DNA of 12,174 nucleotides from a virus (Duplodnaviria; Heunggongvirae; Uroviricota; Caudoviricetes): IMG/VR virus record IMGVR_UViG_2562617113_000010; one strand, 5' to 3'. Shown piece by piece: positions 1 to 8,673 of this stretch (position 1 is its first letter; each line of letters starts with the position of its first letter). The notes under the pieces were generated by a model. It saw only the letters and a program-made list of their open reading frames with translations, ran no database searches and was not told where the DNA came from. The position numbers and the translations under genes were made by a program.

Positions 1-110
1 GTAAACCCGTAGAAACCGTGCCGCAGATTTTTGTCGATCAGCAACATATCGGCGGCTATACCGATTTTGCTGCATGGGTGAAAGAAAAATCTGGACGCCT
101 GATCGTCTGA
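1..110 (+). CDS. grxA: Glutaredoxin 1, 3' portion (5' end outside window); C-terminal residues altered by an apparent 1-nt insertion
   Basis: Frame starting at nt 3 translates KPVETVPQIFVDQQHIGGYTDFAAWVKEKSGRLIV*, matching the C-terminal half of E. coli Grx1 as I recall it up to ...AAWVKE. Stop TGA at 108-110. Removing one A from the A5 run at 85-89 restores the recalled canonical ending KENLDA* with stop at 100-102. Confidence 0.8.
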   Translation, partial: KPVETVPQIFVDQQHIGGYTDFAAWVKEKSGRLIV

Positions 111-112
111 CA

Positions 113-144
113 AGCCCTCGCGTTGAGGGCTTTACTGATTTTTT
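113..144 (+). terminator. Hairpin between convergent grxA and ybjM, candidate intrinsic terminator
   Basis: Perfect 7-bp stem AGCCCTC (113-119) / GAGGGCT (125-131) with 5-nt loop. The T6 run at 139-144 is displaced 7 nt from the stem, so this is not a textbook terminator. Confidence 0.35.
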
Positions 145-509
145 CTGTGCTGTGGTTTAAACAAACTACTGATAAATAAGAAACACAGTGCCCCCAGCGC
201 ACACCAGAACACCGCGCTTAGTAACCATGCCAGCTCTTGCCAGAATGAGCGCGTCGGTGAAAAAAACAGCCGCATAATGAGCATTGAACAGGGTGCCGCC
301 AGCATTGCGCCAAATAGAGGTTTCAGGACTTCTCTACGCTGTGAAAAGAAACTGGCAACTGCTCCAGGAAGAATGAAAAATAGCAAGCCGATTTCAGGAT
401 GCCCGGCAGCCCGAAAAGCGCCTTTCATGTGCGTCGCCAGAAAAAGGCACACCACAATGAAGAGGACAAAACAGCAGATTGCCCCCGCCCAACGTTGTTT
501 ATGTTTCAC
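132..509 (-). CDS. ybjM: Small inner-membrane protein YbjM
   Basis: 125-aa ORF with hydrophobic helices, recognised as E. coli YbjM. GTG start at 509 preceded by AGGAGG 6 nt upstream on the minus strand. Convergent with grxA as in E. coli. Confidence 0.85.
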   Translation of the reverse strand: MKHKQRWAGAICCFVLFIVVCLFLATHMKGAFRAAGHPEIGLLFFILPGAVASFFSQRREVLKPLFGAMLAAPCSMLIMRLFFSPTRSFWQELAWLLSAVFWCALGALCFLFISSLFKPQHRKNQ

Positions 510-778
510 TCGTTCCTCCTGACACTGCGTCTATCGAACACATTTTTCGCCAGTGTGGCGTTCAGTAAGATAAAGCCGCTTCGCATTCCATGCTAATATA
601 GGCCAACGCAATTCATATAGCCGTTGATACCTAATGTGATTACACTAGTAAAATATATTGTTACTTTACTATCGTTTAGGTGCGCTGAATGAATCTGCGC
701 CCTGAATTCTGGTAAAAAACATTATCGTAAATTACCATTTCTTTCAACAGCTTACTAGTAAACAAGAAGTTAGCCTCC

Positions 779-2464
779 GTGAATATAAACGTCGCCGAAT
801 TGTTAAATGGGAATTACATTCTGTTATTATTTGTGGTCCTCGCGCTTGGGCTATGTCTCGGAAAGTTACGACTTGGTTCGATCCAACTGGGTAATTCCAT
901 TGGCGTTTTAGTCGTATCGCTGTTATTAGGCCAACAACATTTCAGCATTAACACCGATGCGCTTAATCTTGGCTTTATGCTGTTTATTTTCTGCGTCGGG
1001 GTCGAAGCCGGACCGAACTTTTTTTCCATTTTTTTTCGCGATGGGAAAAATTACCTAATGTTAGCACTGGTGATGGTTGGCAGTGCGCTGGTGATCGCCT
1101 TAGGGTTAGGTAAGCTGTTTGGCTGGGATATTGGCCTGACGGCCGGTATGTTAGCAGGCTCTATGACGTCGACACCGGTTCTGGTCGGTGCTGGCGATAC
1201 ACTGCGTCATTTCGGCATGGAAAGCAGGCAGCTCTCACTGGCACTGGATAATCTGAGCCTCGGGTATGCCTTAACCTATTTAATCGGTCTGGTGAGTTTG
1301 ATTGTTGGTGCGCGTTACTTGCCGAAATTGCAGCATCAGGACTTACAGACCAGCGCCCAGCAAATCGCCCGCGAACGTGGCCTGGACACTGATGCCAACC
1401 GTAAGGTTTATTTACCGGTGATCCGCGCCTATCGCGTCGGCCCGGAGCTGGTGGCCTGGACCGACGGCAAAAATCTGCGTGAACTGGGTATTTATCGACA
1501 AACCGGCTGCTACATTGAACGTATTCGACGTAACGGGATTCTGGCAAATCCAGACGGTGATGCCGTGCTACAAATGGGCGATGAAATAGCGTTGGTAGGC
1601 TATCCCGACGCCCATGCCCGACTCGATCCCAGCTTCCGTAACGGTAAAGAAGTTTTCGATCGTGACCTTCTCGACATGCGTATCGTCACTGAAGAAGTGG
1701 TCGTTAAAAACCATAACGCTGTAGGTAAACGTCTCGCACAACTGAAGTTGACCGATCACGGTTGCTTCCTTAACCGCGTCATTCGTAGCCAGATTGAGAT
1801 GCCGATAGATGACAACGTCGTGCTTAACAAAGGTGACGTTTTACAAGTCAGCGGTGATGCCCGTCGCGTAAAAACCATCGCCGATCGCATCGGCTTTATC
1901 TCGATTCACAGCCAGGTCACTGACCTGCTGGCATTTTGCGCCTTCTTTGTTATTGGGCTGATGATCGGGATGATCACCTTCCAGTTCAGCACATTCAGTT
2001 TCGGCATGGGGAACGCTGCCGGGTTGTTATTCGCCGGAATTATGCTGGGCTTTATGCGTGCTAACCACCCGACCTTCGGTTACATTCCGCAAGGTGCATT
2101 AAGCATGGTGAAAGAGTTCGGCTTGATGGTGTTTATGGCAGGCGTTGGTCTGAGCGCCGGTAGCGGTATTAATAACGGCCTGGGCGCGATTGGCGGTCAG
2201 ATGTTGATTGCCGGATTAATTGTCAGTCTTGTGCCCGTGGTTATCTGTTTCTTGTTCGGTGCTTATGTATTGCGAATGAACCGCGCACTGTTGTTCGGCG
2301 CAATGATGGGCGCACGCACCTGCGCGCCGGCAATGGAGATCATCAGTGATACAGCTCGCAGTAACATCCCTGCGCTGGGCTATGCGGGCACCTACGCAAT
2401 CGCCAACGTCCTGCTGACGCTGGCAGGGACAATCATCGTCATGGTATGGCCAGGATTAGGATAA
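779..2464 (+). CDS. ybjL: Putative transporter YbjL (AAE-family membrane protein with central cytoplasmic TrkA_C/RCK-C-like region)
   Basis: 561-aa ORF with GTG start. The N- and C-terminal thirds are strongly hydrophobic and flank a hydrophilic central region. Sequence recognised as E. coli YbjL. Confidence 0.9.
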   Translation: MNINVAELLNGNYILLLFVVLALGLCLGKLRLGSIQLGNSIGVLVVSLLLGQQHFSINTDALNLGFMLFIFCVGVEAGPNFFSIFFRDGKNYLMLALVMVGSALVIALGLGKLFGWDIGLTAGMLAGSMTSTPVLVGAGDTLRHFGMESRQLSLALDNLSLGYALTYLIGLVSLIVGARYLPKLQHQDLQTSAQQIARERGLDTDANRKVYLPVIRAYRVGPELVAWTDGKNLRELGIYRQTGCYIERIRRNGILANPDGDAVLQMGDEIALVGYPDAHARLDPSFRNGKEVFDRDLLDMRIVTEEVVVKNHNAVGKRLAQLKLTDHGCFLNRVIRSQIEMPIDDNVVLNKGDVLQVSGDARRVKTIADRIGFISIHSQVTDLLAFCAFFVIGLMIGMITFQFSTFSFGMGNAAGLLFAGIMLGFMRANHPTFGYIPQGALSMVKEFGLMVFMAGVGLSAGSGINNGLGAIGGQMLIAGLIVSLVPVVICFLFGAYVLRMNRALLFGAMMGARTCAPAMEIISDTARSNIPALGYAGTYAIANVLLTLAGTIIVMVWPGLG

Positions 2465-2576
2465 AACTGAAGTTGCCCTGAAAATGAAATTTTTTTGCAC
2501 AACCGCAGAACTTTTCCGCAGGGCATCAGTCTTAATTAGTGCCACTGCTTTTCTTTGATGTCCCCATTTTGTGGAG

Positions 2577-2620
2577 CCCATCAACCCCGCCATTTCGGTT
2601 CAAGGTTGATGGGTTTTTTG
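2577..2620 (+). terminator. Rho-independent terminator downstream of ybjL
   Basis: Perfect 10-bp stem CCCATCAACC (2577-2586) / GGTTGATGGG (2604-2613) followed directly by TTTTTT (2614-2619). The 17-nt loop is large. Oriented for plus-strand transcripts. Confidence 0.55.
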
Positions 2621-2699
2621 TTGCCTGAAATTTATGCCGTTTAAAATCATGACGTTAGGAGCACTTTTTTTTAACGATGGCGACAAAATGGCGGCAGCG

Positions 2700-2918
2700 T
2701 CAAAGAGAGAGCGCCACCTGTCCTGATTTCATTGGATGCGGCTGAACCGGATTTGACTCTTTTGGCGTTGCAATCGAACGAACAAAAGTTTCATGGGTAA
2801 CAAAAGTATGGCTGCAGTTAATGTTCTGGCACTGGTTGTAACGCTCTTTGGTCAATGAAGATACCTGAAAACTGCTGCGAGTATGGGCGGCACTTCCACA
2901 CAGTGGGCAAATCATCAT
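2700..2918 (-). CDS. ogr: Ogr/Delta-family zinc-finger late transcription activator
   Basis: 72-aa product MMICPLCGSAAHTRSSFQVSSLTKERYNQCQNINCSHTF... with a CxxC...CxxxxC arrangement and similarity to P2 Ogr (72 aa). Start placed at ATG 2916-2918; the ORF-track start at 2951 would add 11 residues with no counterpart in Ogr. Confidence 0.85.
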   Translation of the reverse strand: MMICPLCGSAAHTRSSFQVSSLTKERYNQCQNINCSHTFVTHETFVRSIATPKESNPVQPHPMKSGQVALSL

Positions 2919-2955
2919 TTTTCGAGTTCCCCCCATTTTTGCTAAATTCACAATA

Positions 2956-2983
2956 ATGATACCGCATTATTCCATTTTGAAAA
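2956..2983 (-). promoter_or_regulatory. Candidate sigma70 promoter for ogr
   Basis: On the minus strand: -35 TTTTCA (plus 2978-2983), 16-nt spacer, -10 TATCAT (plus 2956-2961), about 35 nt upstream of the ogr ATG. Sequence match only. Confidence 0.3.
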
Positions 2984-3008
2984 CTTAAAAGTTCTCCATT
3001 GCGAAGAA

Positions 3009-4109
3009 TCACTCCATTTCGAAATCATCAATCTTCACTTCAAGCTCCAAACTGGTCGTAAAACCGTTATCCGGGCTGACAGTATGCGTCAGGGTGGTAA
3101 TAGTCCATTCCGCATCATCTATCGGCTGTTTAAAGCCACTGACTTTCACTGGTATTTCCGTGTAGAGATCTGCCCGACCTTCTGCCAGTTGTAGCGAGAA
3201 TGACGCAACACCGCGTTGCAGGCGTTCCCACTGCATTTTCGCTGCCCGCTCGGCGTTGCCCCGGTTGGCATAGGTGCGATTAAGTACCAACACGTTTTCA
3301 TCCGTACCCACCAGGTAATCGCCCTGCTTCGCTTCCGGCTCTTTCTTCTGCTTCTTAGTCCTGCGCTTACGCTTCACGGCAGTGCTTTCTTTCTTCGCGG
3401 GTTCACGGGTATGTAACCAACTGGCAATTACGCCCGTATAGGCTCCGCGATCTGCCAGGGTAAAGCGGTGACTGTCGCCGTCCTTACGTGTGATAGTGAT
3501 CACCGGCAGTGGTTTACCAGTGGCGCTTTTGCCCTGTCCCTGCCGGATGAATAACAGATTGCCATTTTTCACCGACGCGATGGCACCGTACTGGCGCGCC
3601 AGCCGCATCAGAAAACTGCCGTCACTCTCATTAGTCTGGTCTATATGCTCCACGGGCTTATCCGACAGGTCTTTACCCAGTGCCATCTTCAGCTTGTGAC
3701 GCGCGGCTATTTCCTTCACCACTTCCCCGACAGTGGTCTTGTGCCACGACTTTTCACGGCGGGTATTCAGCGTTTCACGAAAATCAGCACTTCGCGCCCG
3801 GATAGTCAGGCGGTCCGGTGCGCCAGTGTGTTCAATCTCGTCCACCGTGAATGCCCCTTTCGGGAAAAGCGGCTGCCCCTTCCAGCCCAGCGCCAGCGTA
3901 ATGACCGCACCACGGCGCGGCAGCACGATTTTTCCGTCGGCGTCGTCCAGCTCCAGATCAAGCTGGTCCGCTTCAAAGCCCCGATTGTCCGTCAGCGTCA
4001 GACTCATCAGGCGATTATCCAGGACAGTAGTGATATCCCTGCCCTCAATACTGATGCTGAATGCGGGAGTTTTGTTGCCCTTGTTAAGCAGTTCAGAGCT
4101 GAAATTCAC
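3009..4109 (-). CDS. D: Phage tail protein D (late control gene D family, baseplate hub-like)
   Basis: 366-aa ORF with conserved motifs such as LTLTDNRGFEADQLDLELDD, recalled from P2 gpD. GTG start overlaps the U stop (GTGA) and GGGAGGG lies 9 nt upstream. Confidence 0.85.
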   Translation of the reverse strand: MNFSSELLNKGNKTPAFSISIEGRDITTVLDNRLMSLTLTDNRGFEADQLDLELDDADGKIVLPRRGAVITLALGWKGQPLFPKGAFTVDEIEHTGAPDRLTIRARSADFRETLNTRREKSWHKTTVGEVVKEIAARHKLKMALGKDLSDKPVEHIDQTNESDGSFLMRLARQYGAIASVKNGNLLFIRQGQGKSATGKPLPVITITRKDGDSHRFTLADRGAYTGVIASWLHTREPAKKESTAVKRKRRTKKQKKEPEAKQGDYLVGTDENVLVLNRTYANRGNAERAAKMQWERLQRGVASFSLQLAEGRADLYTEIPVKVSGFKQPIDDAEWTITTLTHTVSPDNGFTTSLELEVKIDDFEME

Positions 4110-4591
4110 GACAGCAGCCCTCCCACCGTTTTACTGATATCGCTTAAAGCAGATGTTGCCGTTTCCTGCAGATTATTCAGTTGCGCACTGAGATCACCGA
4201 ACATATCGGACAGGGATTCATCCACCCGTTTGAGCGACAGGGTGAACTCAATCCGGCGCGGCATACCATCGCGGAAAAACTCCGTTTTAGTCTGATTCAG
4301 TCCCTCAATCACATACATGCCGTAAATCGTGCCGCTGCCTTCAATCAGGGGCCATGCTTTTCCCTGTTCTGCCATCTGCTCCAGAGCCAGCAACGACAGC
4401 CTGCCGCCCGTTATCTCCGGCATAAGAACACCAGAAAGCGTCAGCATGTCGTTGTCCGCTCCCAGAAACTGCGTGGACGGACGTCGGTTGACCCGGCTGT
4501 TTGCCGCATGTCGCCAGCTGCGTTGATACTGCAGTTCCTGATACGGCACAGTGCGCAGCATAAACACGTACAATCCCAGCACCATCATCAT
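4106..4591 (-). CDS. U: Phage tail protein U
   Basis: 161-aa ORF similar to P2 gpU (about 159 aa) in length and N-terminal sequence. Its ATG overlaps the T stop (ATGA), indicating translational coupling. Confidence 0.85.
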   Translation of the reverse strand: MMMVLGLYVFMLRTVPYQELQYQRSWRHAANSRVNRRPSTQFLGADNDMLTLSGVLMPEITGGRLSLLALEQMAEQGKAWPLIEGSGTIYGMYVIEGLNQTKTEFFRDGMPRRIEFTLSLKRVDESLSDMFGDLSAQLNNLQETATSALSDISKTVGGLLS

Positions 4592-7500
4592 GCGTCGTAT
4601 CCCCCCTGATCGCTGTAGTTACTCCTGGCTTTTGCCTTCAGTCTGCGCTCACGTTCATCAAGCTGGCGGGCCACCTCCCGCGCAATATCCTGCGCACTTT
4701 GTCCTGGCTGCGTCTGAATGATGATCTGCGTCGGTGCCTCAATCCGGTAAATGGGCGGCACAGTAGCTGCACGACTCACCATCGCTTCACCGCCTTTCGC
4801 GGGAAGCGCCAAAGGATGCAACGGTGGAAGCTCTGCTGGCGCGGCAGCAACACCCATCATTCCGGCGACAACGGCAGCCAGTGCAGCTGTATTTCTCCGG
4901 CTGGTCACATTTGCCGGGCCGTTAACAATTTCCGGCCCGTTTTCACCGACGATGCCAAACTGCCCACGCGGGATATAGCCGCCGCTGTCATACATACCCG
5001 CAAAGCCATATCCCCATGACGGAAAATCACCCGATGGCATCATCACTTTACCGTCTGCATTCACCGTCGCAGGTTGCTGACGCGTCACGCTTTCCGGTAG
5101 TTTTGCCTTTGCGGCCTCTTTACTGACAATGCCGAGTTTCTCCAGCAACCAGGAAACGCCGGATTTCAGGGAGTCCAGCGGATGCATGACCATATTCAGC
5201 CCTTCCGCCAGTGCCTCCCCGAATCGCCGCCCCATTGCCGCTGCACTCTGCAGTTCGGCAGAGGTCGACTTAACGGGCGTCAGCAGATCAGTAAACCAGC
5301 CCCACAGCGCCTGTACTTTGTCGCCAATCCACTGAAACACAGGCTTAAGTGGTTCGAATGCAGCACTGATGGGACCTGCCGCCGCTTTGAATCCTTCCAC
5401 CACGCCACCAAGAAATGCGGTGATGGGTTGCCAGTATTTCCAGACAACCAGCGCCACGCCCGCCAGTGCAGTAACCACAAGACCTATCGGACTGAGCAGA
5501 GCACCTAACAGACCAGATACGGCATACAGGGCAACGCGCAGCATCGCCAGTGGACCAGATGCCAGTACTCGCAGCACCGTGCCTGCGGCGGCCAGTCCAC
5601 CGCGCAGTACCGCCAGAGGATTCATAAACATCACAGCAACAGCACGTAAACCGGATAATCCAGACCGCAAAAGTGCAACCGGCGCACCTGCTACAGTTTT
5701 CAGGACATTTCCCGTCAGTAATGCCGTGCGGCGCAAAGACGACAACGGCGCAGTAAGTAAACCTGCGGCGTTGCCCGATGAAGCAAGCCCGCGTCGCAGC
5801 AGTGCCAGTGGTGCGCCAGCCAGCCAGGACAACGCGCTGCTGGTTCGAGTTACTGCTGCCGTAACGGAAGGTAACGTTTTGATACCCAGCACAGAGAATC
5901 CCAGACGGATCACTGCCAGCGGCCCCAGCACTGCAGCCAGCGCCACCGCTAAGGTGCCGAGGCCTACGGTAACCGCAGCCACAACAGCCGCTACTTTCAT
6001 CAGTGTGCCTGTCAGTTCCGGGTTAGCTTCCACCCAGCGGCGCAACGCCCCCGTGATGCTTTTCACCGTGTACAGAATATCCATCAGCGGCTGGCGCAGC
6101 GTTTCGCCCAGGCTGCTGAAGGTGTTCTGCGCTCCGGTTTTGACCAGCAACCACTGAGCAGAAAGTGAGTCTTTGTTGATGTCGGATTCTTTCTGCATGG
6201 AGCCGAGCGCATCATTGCCCGCTGTCAGTTTTAACTGACGCTGCAGTTCCGGCAGGTTGTTTGCCAGTTTCGCCGCGTCATCGCCAAACTCTTTACCAAA
6301 CAACATAGTCATGGCAGACAGGCGCTTGTCCTGCGGCAGCGCGTTCACCTTCTCCAGCACGCGCTGGATGGTTCCCATCGCATCCTTCGTCATCTGCTTT
6401 TCAATCACTTCAGGATTGAGTTTCAGCAGATTCATCCCTTCAAAGAAACTCTTGCTTTGCATGGTGGCAATGGACAATTCACGCACCATCGCGTTTGCTG
6501 CACTGGCTGCAACCTCCGGCGCAGCACCCAGAGTCAGGAAGGTGGAACCCAGCGCCGCAGCTTTACGATAATCCAGACGGTCAGCCACACCGCCCAGACG
6601 TTGCATCACATCAATGATGTCCGCCCCTTTCGACATGGCGTTATCATCCAGATAGTTCAGCGCATCGCCGAGCTGTTCAATATTGCGGGTAGGTATTTTG
6701 TAGAGCTGGGCGATTTTCCCCAGACTTTCTGACAGTTCATCCGCTGGCAGCTCAAAGGCTGTTGCCGCCTTTGCTGCCGTGCTGGCGAAGGCCAGCAGGT
6801 CACGTTTCTGGTCTTCCCAGCTGTCGTCAGGGTTTGCGACGTTCATGCGCGCACCACCTTCAACCAGTGCGGCGAAATCCACAGCACCGTTTTCCATCGG
6901 CAACTGTTCGCTGGCAGCCTTGATGGCATCCTGCATTTCATAAAAACGCGCGGTGCGATTGCCATTATCATCACGCAGACCATTGACCTGCTTTGCCACA
7001 CCTTTCATGGCATCTTCCATGCTGGTATAGCTTTTTACTGCCGCCATCACTGGTGCGCCCATTGCCAGCCCTGCAGCCGTGGTGGTGGCTCCGGCACCTG
7101 CAATACGATCACGCACCTCCAGCGAACGGGCATAACTGGCACGTGCTGCATTCATCCTGCGCTGAGCTTCCCCCAGTCGCTTCAGCCGCGCCTCCTGTTT
7201 CGAAAGTTCCTGGTTATAACGTGATGTTTCACGGGCTAAACGGGCAGTTGCTCCCGCATCATCTTTCGCAGAAATTCCCGCCCGGTACAGTTCTGCACGC
7301 ACAAGCGCCGTTTGCTTCTGCAAATATTTTTGTTGTTCTTCCAGGCGTTGGACTGCCAGCGTTTGCCGACCTAAAGCCACAAGGTGCCGTTGTGATGGTT
7401 GTTCCATCGCCTCCAGCTCAAAGCTAAGCAAATTAGCCTTCTGTCTGGCATAGTTCAGCCTGTCGCCTAACTTCTTGTTATCGGCCTGCAGCTTGCGAAA

Positions 7501-7665
7501 TTTTTCCAGGCTGTTACCCGCCTGATTGAGTTGCTTTAATGCGTCACGGGAGTTTCTGATTGCGCCAGCCAGCTCTTTCGAACTGGCCTGTGCAGCACGG
7601 AATGGGCGGGTGAGTTTGTCAACCGCATTAAGAATGACCTGCAGGCGCAGGTTGTTATCACTCAT
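4588..7665 (-). CDS. T: Tail tape measure protein
   Basis: 1025-aa ORF in the gpT position between E/E' and U. Charged, Q/R/K-rich N-terminal region consistent with coiled coil (inferred from composition), a central Ala/Leu/Gly-rich region with degenerate repeats of roughly 20 aa (PLAxLRxGL...), and a Gly-rich C-terminal motif GGYIPRGQFGIVGENGPEIV typical of tape measure proteins. Confidence 0.9.
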   Translation of the reverse strand: MSDNNLRLQVILNAVDKLTRPFRAAQASSKELAGAIRNSRDALKQLNQAGNSLEKFRKLQADNKKLGDRLNYARQKANLLSFELEAMEQPSQRHLVALGRQTLAVQRLEEQQKYLQKQTALVRAELYRAGISAKDDAGATARLARETSRYNQELSKQEARLKRLGEAQRRMNAARASYARSLEVRDRIAGAGATTTAAGLAMGAPVMAAVKSYTSMEDAMKGVAKQVNGLRDDNGNRTARFYEMQDAIKAASEQLPMENGAVDFAALVEGGARMNVANPDDSWEDQKRDLLAFASTAAKAATAFELPADELSESLGKIAQLYKIPTRNIEQLGDALNYLDDNAMSKGADIIDVMQRLGGVADRLDYRKAAALGSTFLTLGAAPEVAASAANAMVRELSIATMQSKSFFEGMNLLKLNPEVIEKQMTKDAMGTIQRVLEKVNALPQDKRLSAMTMLFGKEFGDDAAKLANNLPELQRQLKLTAGNDALGSMQKESDINKDSLSAQWLLVKTGAQNTFSSLGETLRQPLMDILYTVKSITGALRRWVEANPELTGTLMKVAAVVAAVTVGLGTLAVALAAVLGPLAVIRLGFSVLGIKTLPSVTAAVTRTSSALSWLAGAPLALLRRGLASSGNAAGLLTAPLSSLRRTALLTGNVLKTVAGAPVALLRSGLSGLRAVAVMFMNPLAVLRGGLAAAGTVLRVLASGPLAMLRVALYAVSGLLGALLSPIGLVVTALAGVALVVWKYWQPITAFLGGVVEGFKAAAGPISAAFEPLKPVFQWIGDKVQALWGWFTDLLTPVKSTSAELQSAAAMGRRFGEALAEGLNMVMHPLDSLKSGVSWLLEKLGIVSKEAAKAKLPESVTRQQPATVNADGKVMMPSGDFPSWGYGFAGMYDSGGYIPRGQFGIVGENGPEIVNGPANVTSRRNTAALAAVVAGMMGVAAAPAELPPLHPLALPAKGGEAMVSRAATVPPIYRIEAPTQIIIQTQPGQSAQDIAREVARQLDERERRLKAKARSNYSDQGGYDA

Positions 7666-8094
7666 CGTTGGCCCCGCTTCTCTGAATCGCTTTATACCGC
7701 CATTCCAGCACTTCGGTCAGCGGCATAACGTCAGTAACGGATGGCGGCCAGTGAAAAATGGTGGCGATATCTGCCACCAGATCGTCAACCGTCAGGCTGT
7801 CGGTAAACCGGCAAGCACCGACTTCTTCAACAAAAAAGTGACAACCTCAACCGACATGGCAGTGAGATCTGCCGGGTCCATCTCTGCAATTTCCTGTGCG
7901 GTCAGTGCCGGGCTGGAGATGCGGGGGATCACGGTAATCATCGCGTTCACATCCATATCCATAATGGCCTGCAGGCGTGTACCGCGCAGCGCACCAGACT
8001 GCGGTTTACGCAGCACAATTTCGGTGATTTCCGTTTTACCGCGCTTGATAGGAGTATCCAGTTGAATGGTCTTTTCAGTCTGCTTATCACTCAT
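7658..8094 (-). CDS. E: Tail assembly chaperone E+E', product of a programmed -1 ribosomal frameshift
   Basis: Slippery heptamer T_TTT_TTG (minus strand, plus coordinates 7831-7837) lies in the E frame. The -1 frame is then open for 57 codons (VEEVGACRFTDSLTVDDLVADIATIFHWPPS...GANDE) and ends at a TGA (7658-7660) that overlaps the T start codon. Predicted fusion is about 145 aa, against 142 aa recalled for P2 E+E'. Confidence 0.6.
7792..8094 (-). CDS. E: Tail assembly chaperone E
   Basis: 100-aa ORF in the gpE position, with ATG at 8092-8094 and stop at 7792-7794. Contains the slippery heptamer T_TTT_TTG near its 3' end. Confidence 0.8.
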   Translation of the reverse strand: MSDKQTEKTIQLDTPIKRGKTEITEIVLRKPQSGALRGTRLQAIMDMDVNAMITVIPRISSPALTAQEIAEMDPADLTAMSVEVVTFLLKKSVLAGLPTA

Positions 8095-8148
8095 TTTTCT
8101 GTCCTGTAAATTGGGTTCTGGCGCGGCATTCCGCGCCGTTCAGATACA

Positions 8149-8664
8149 TCAGAGGCCGAGGGCGTTGCGGTGCGCTTCCATCAGGTCCACACCGTCCACA
8201 ATTTCCACCATGTTGATAAGGTCCACTTCATAGAGCACCTCACCATTGATAGTCAGCTTCGCGTAACTGTTGGTACTGGTCACTTTGGTGGTGTTGCTTT
8301 CGCCCGTCTTCCACTCGCCGGAGTCCACTTCTTTGTGACGTCCACGCACCACAAGCTCCACGGCCTGTACTTCCCCGGTATCATCACGCTGGATAGAGCC
8401 GGTAAAGCGCAACTGGATGCCATCCACCGTGGCTTTGCCCATCTGTTTAAACAGCAGCAGTTCAGTACCACCAATGGAAAATTCTGTGTCCAGAGCACTG
8501 TCATCAAGCCCCAGATCCACATCCACTGCACCCGGCATTCCGCCGCCGCGATACTTCTCATATTTGCGGGTGAATTTCGGCAGCGTCAGCGACTCAACGA
8601 TCCCCTGCCAGTTGTTCCCGTCGTTAAACAGGTTCAGGTGTTTTAATTTGCGTGGTAAAGCCAT
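8149..8664 (-). CDS. FII: Tail tube protein FII
   Basis: 171-aa ORF similar to P2 FII (about 172 aa). AAGGGGA lies upstream of the ATG at 8662-8664. Confidence 0.9.
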   Translation of the reverse strand: MALPRKLKHLNLFNDGNNWQGIVESLTLPKFTRKYEKYRGGGMPGAVDVDLGLDDSALDTEFSIGGTELLLFKQMGKATVDGIQLRFTGSIQRDDTGEVQAVELVVRGRHKEVDSGEWKTGESNTTKVTSTNSYAKLTINGEVLYEVDLINMVEIVDGVDLMEAHRNALGL

Positions 8665-8673
8665 GTTGTCCCC

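Noticed and set aside
277-596. Plus-strand ORFs 277..522 and 399..596 overlapping ybjM
   Set aside because: Antisense to a conserved membrane-protein gene; basic, low-complexity products with no ribosome-binding site.
1161-1759. Minus-strand ORFs inside ybjL (1161..1547 and 1568..1759), and 814..1029
   Set aside because: Embedded antisense in the strongly supported ybjL reading frame; Arg/Pro-rich translation typical of out-of-frame sequence.
2484-2558. 24-codon plus-strand ORF (MKFFCTTAELFRRASVLISATAFL) between ybjL and the terminator
   Set aside because: No ribosome-binding site, very short, and it lies in a probable 3' UTR. No support as a small protein gene.
2818-3012. 64-aa minus-strand ORF spanning the ogr-D intergenic region, and the 83-aa ogr start at 2951
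   Set aside because: A different frame that overlaps the ogr start and promoter region. The 2951 start adds residues with no counterpart in Ogr-family proteins and would sit upstream of the likely promoter -10; the ATG at 2918 was preferred.
3216-4609. Plus-strand ORFs antisense to D and U (3216..3416, 3490..3699, 3645..4295, 3733..4137, 4181..4609, 4329..4526)
   Set aside because: All lie within minus-strand tail genes that have conserved products and coupled start/stop overlaps; none has independent support.
5369-6157. 262-aa plus-strand ORF, Ala/Thr/Pro/Ser-rich, inside the T gene; also 4699..5019, 5182..5508, 6257..6571, 6457..6732 and 6993..7427
   Set aside because: Antisense to the GC-rich, repeat-rich tape measure coding region. 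Low-complexity translation, no start context, and fully overlapped by a well-supported gene on the other strand.
7526-8065. 179-aa plus-strand ORF across the T start and E/E' region
   Set aside because: Antisense to E/E' and T, where both coding frames of the minus strand are already used.
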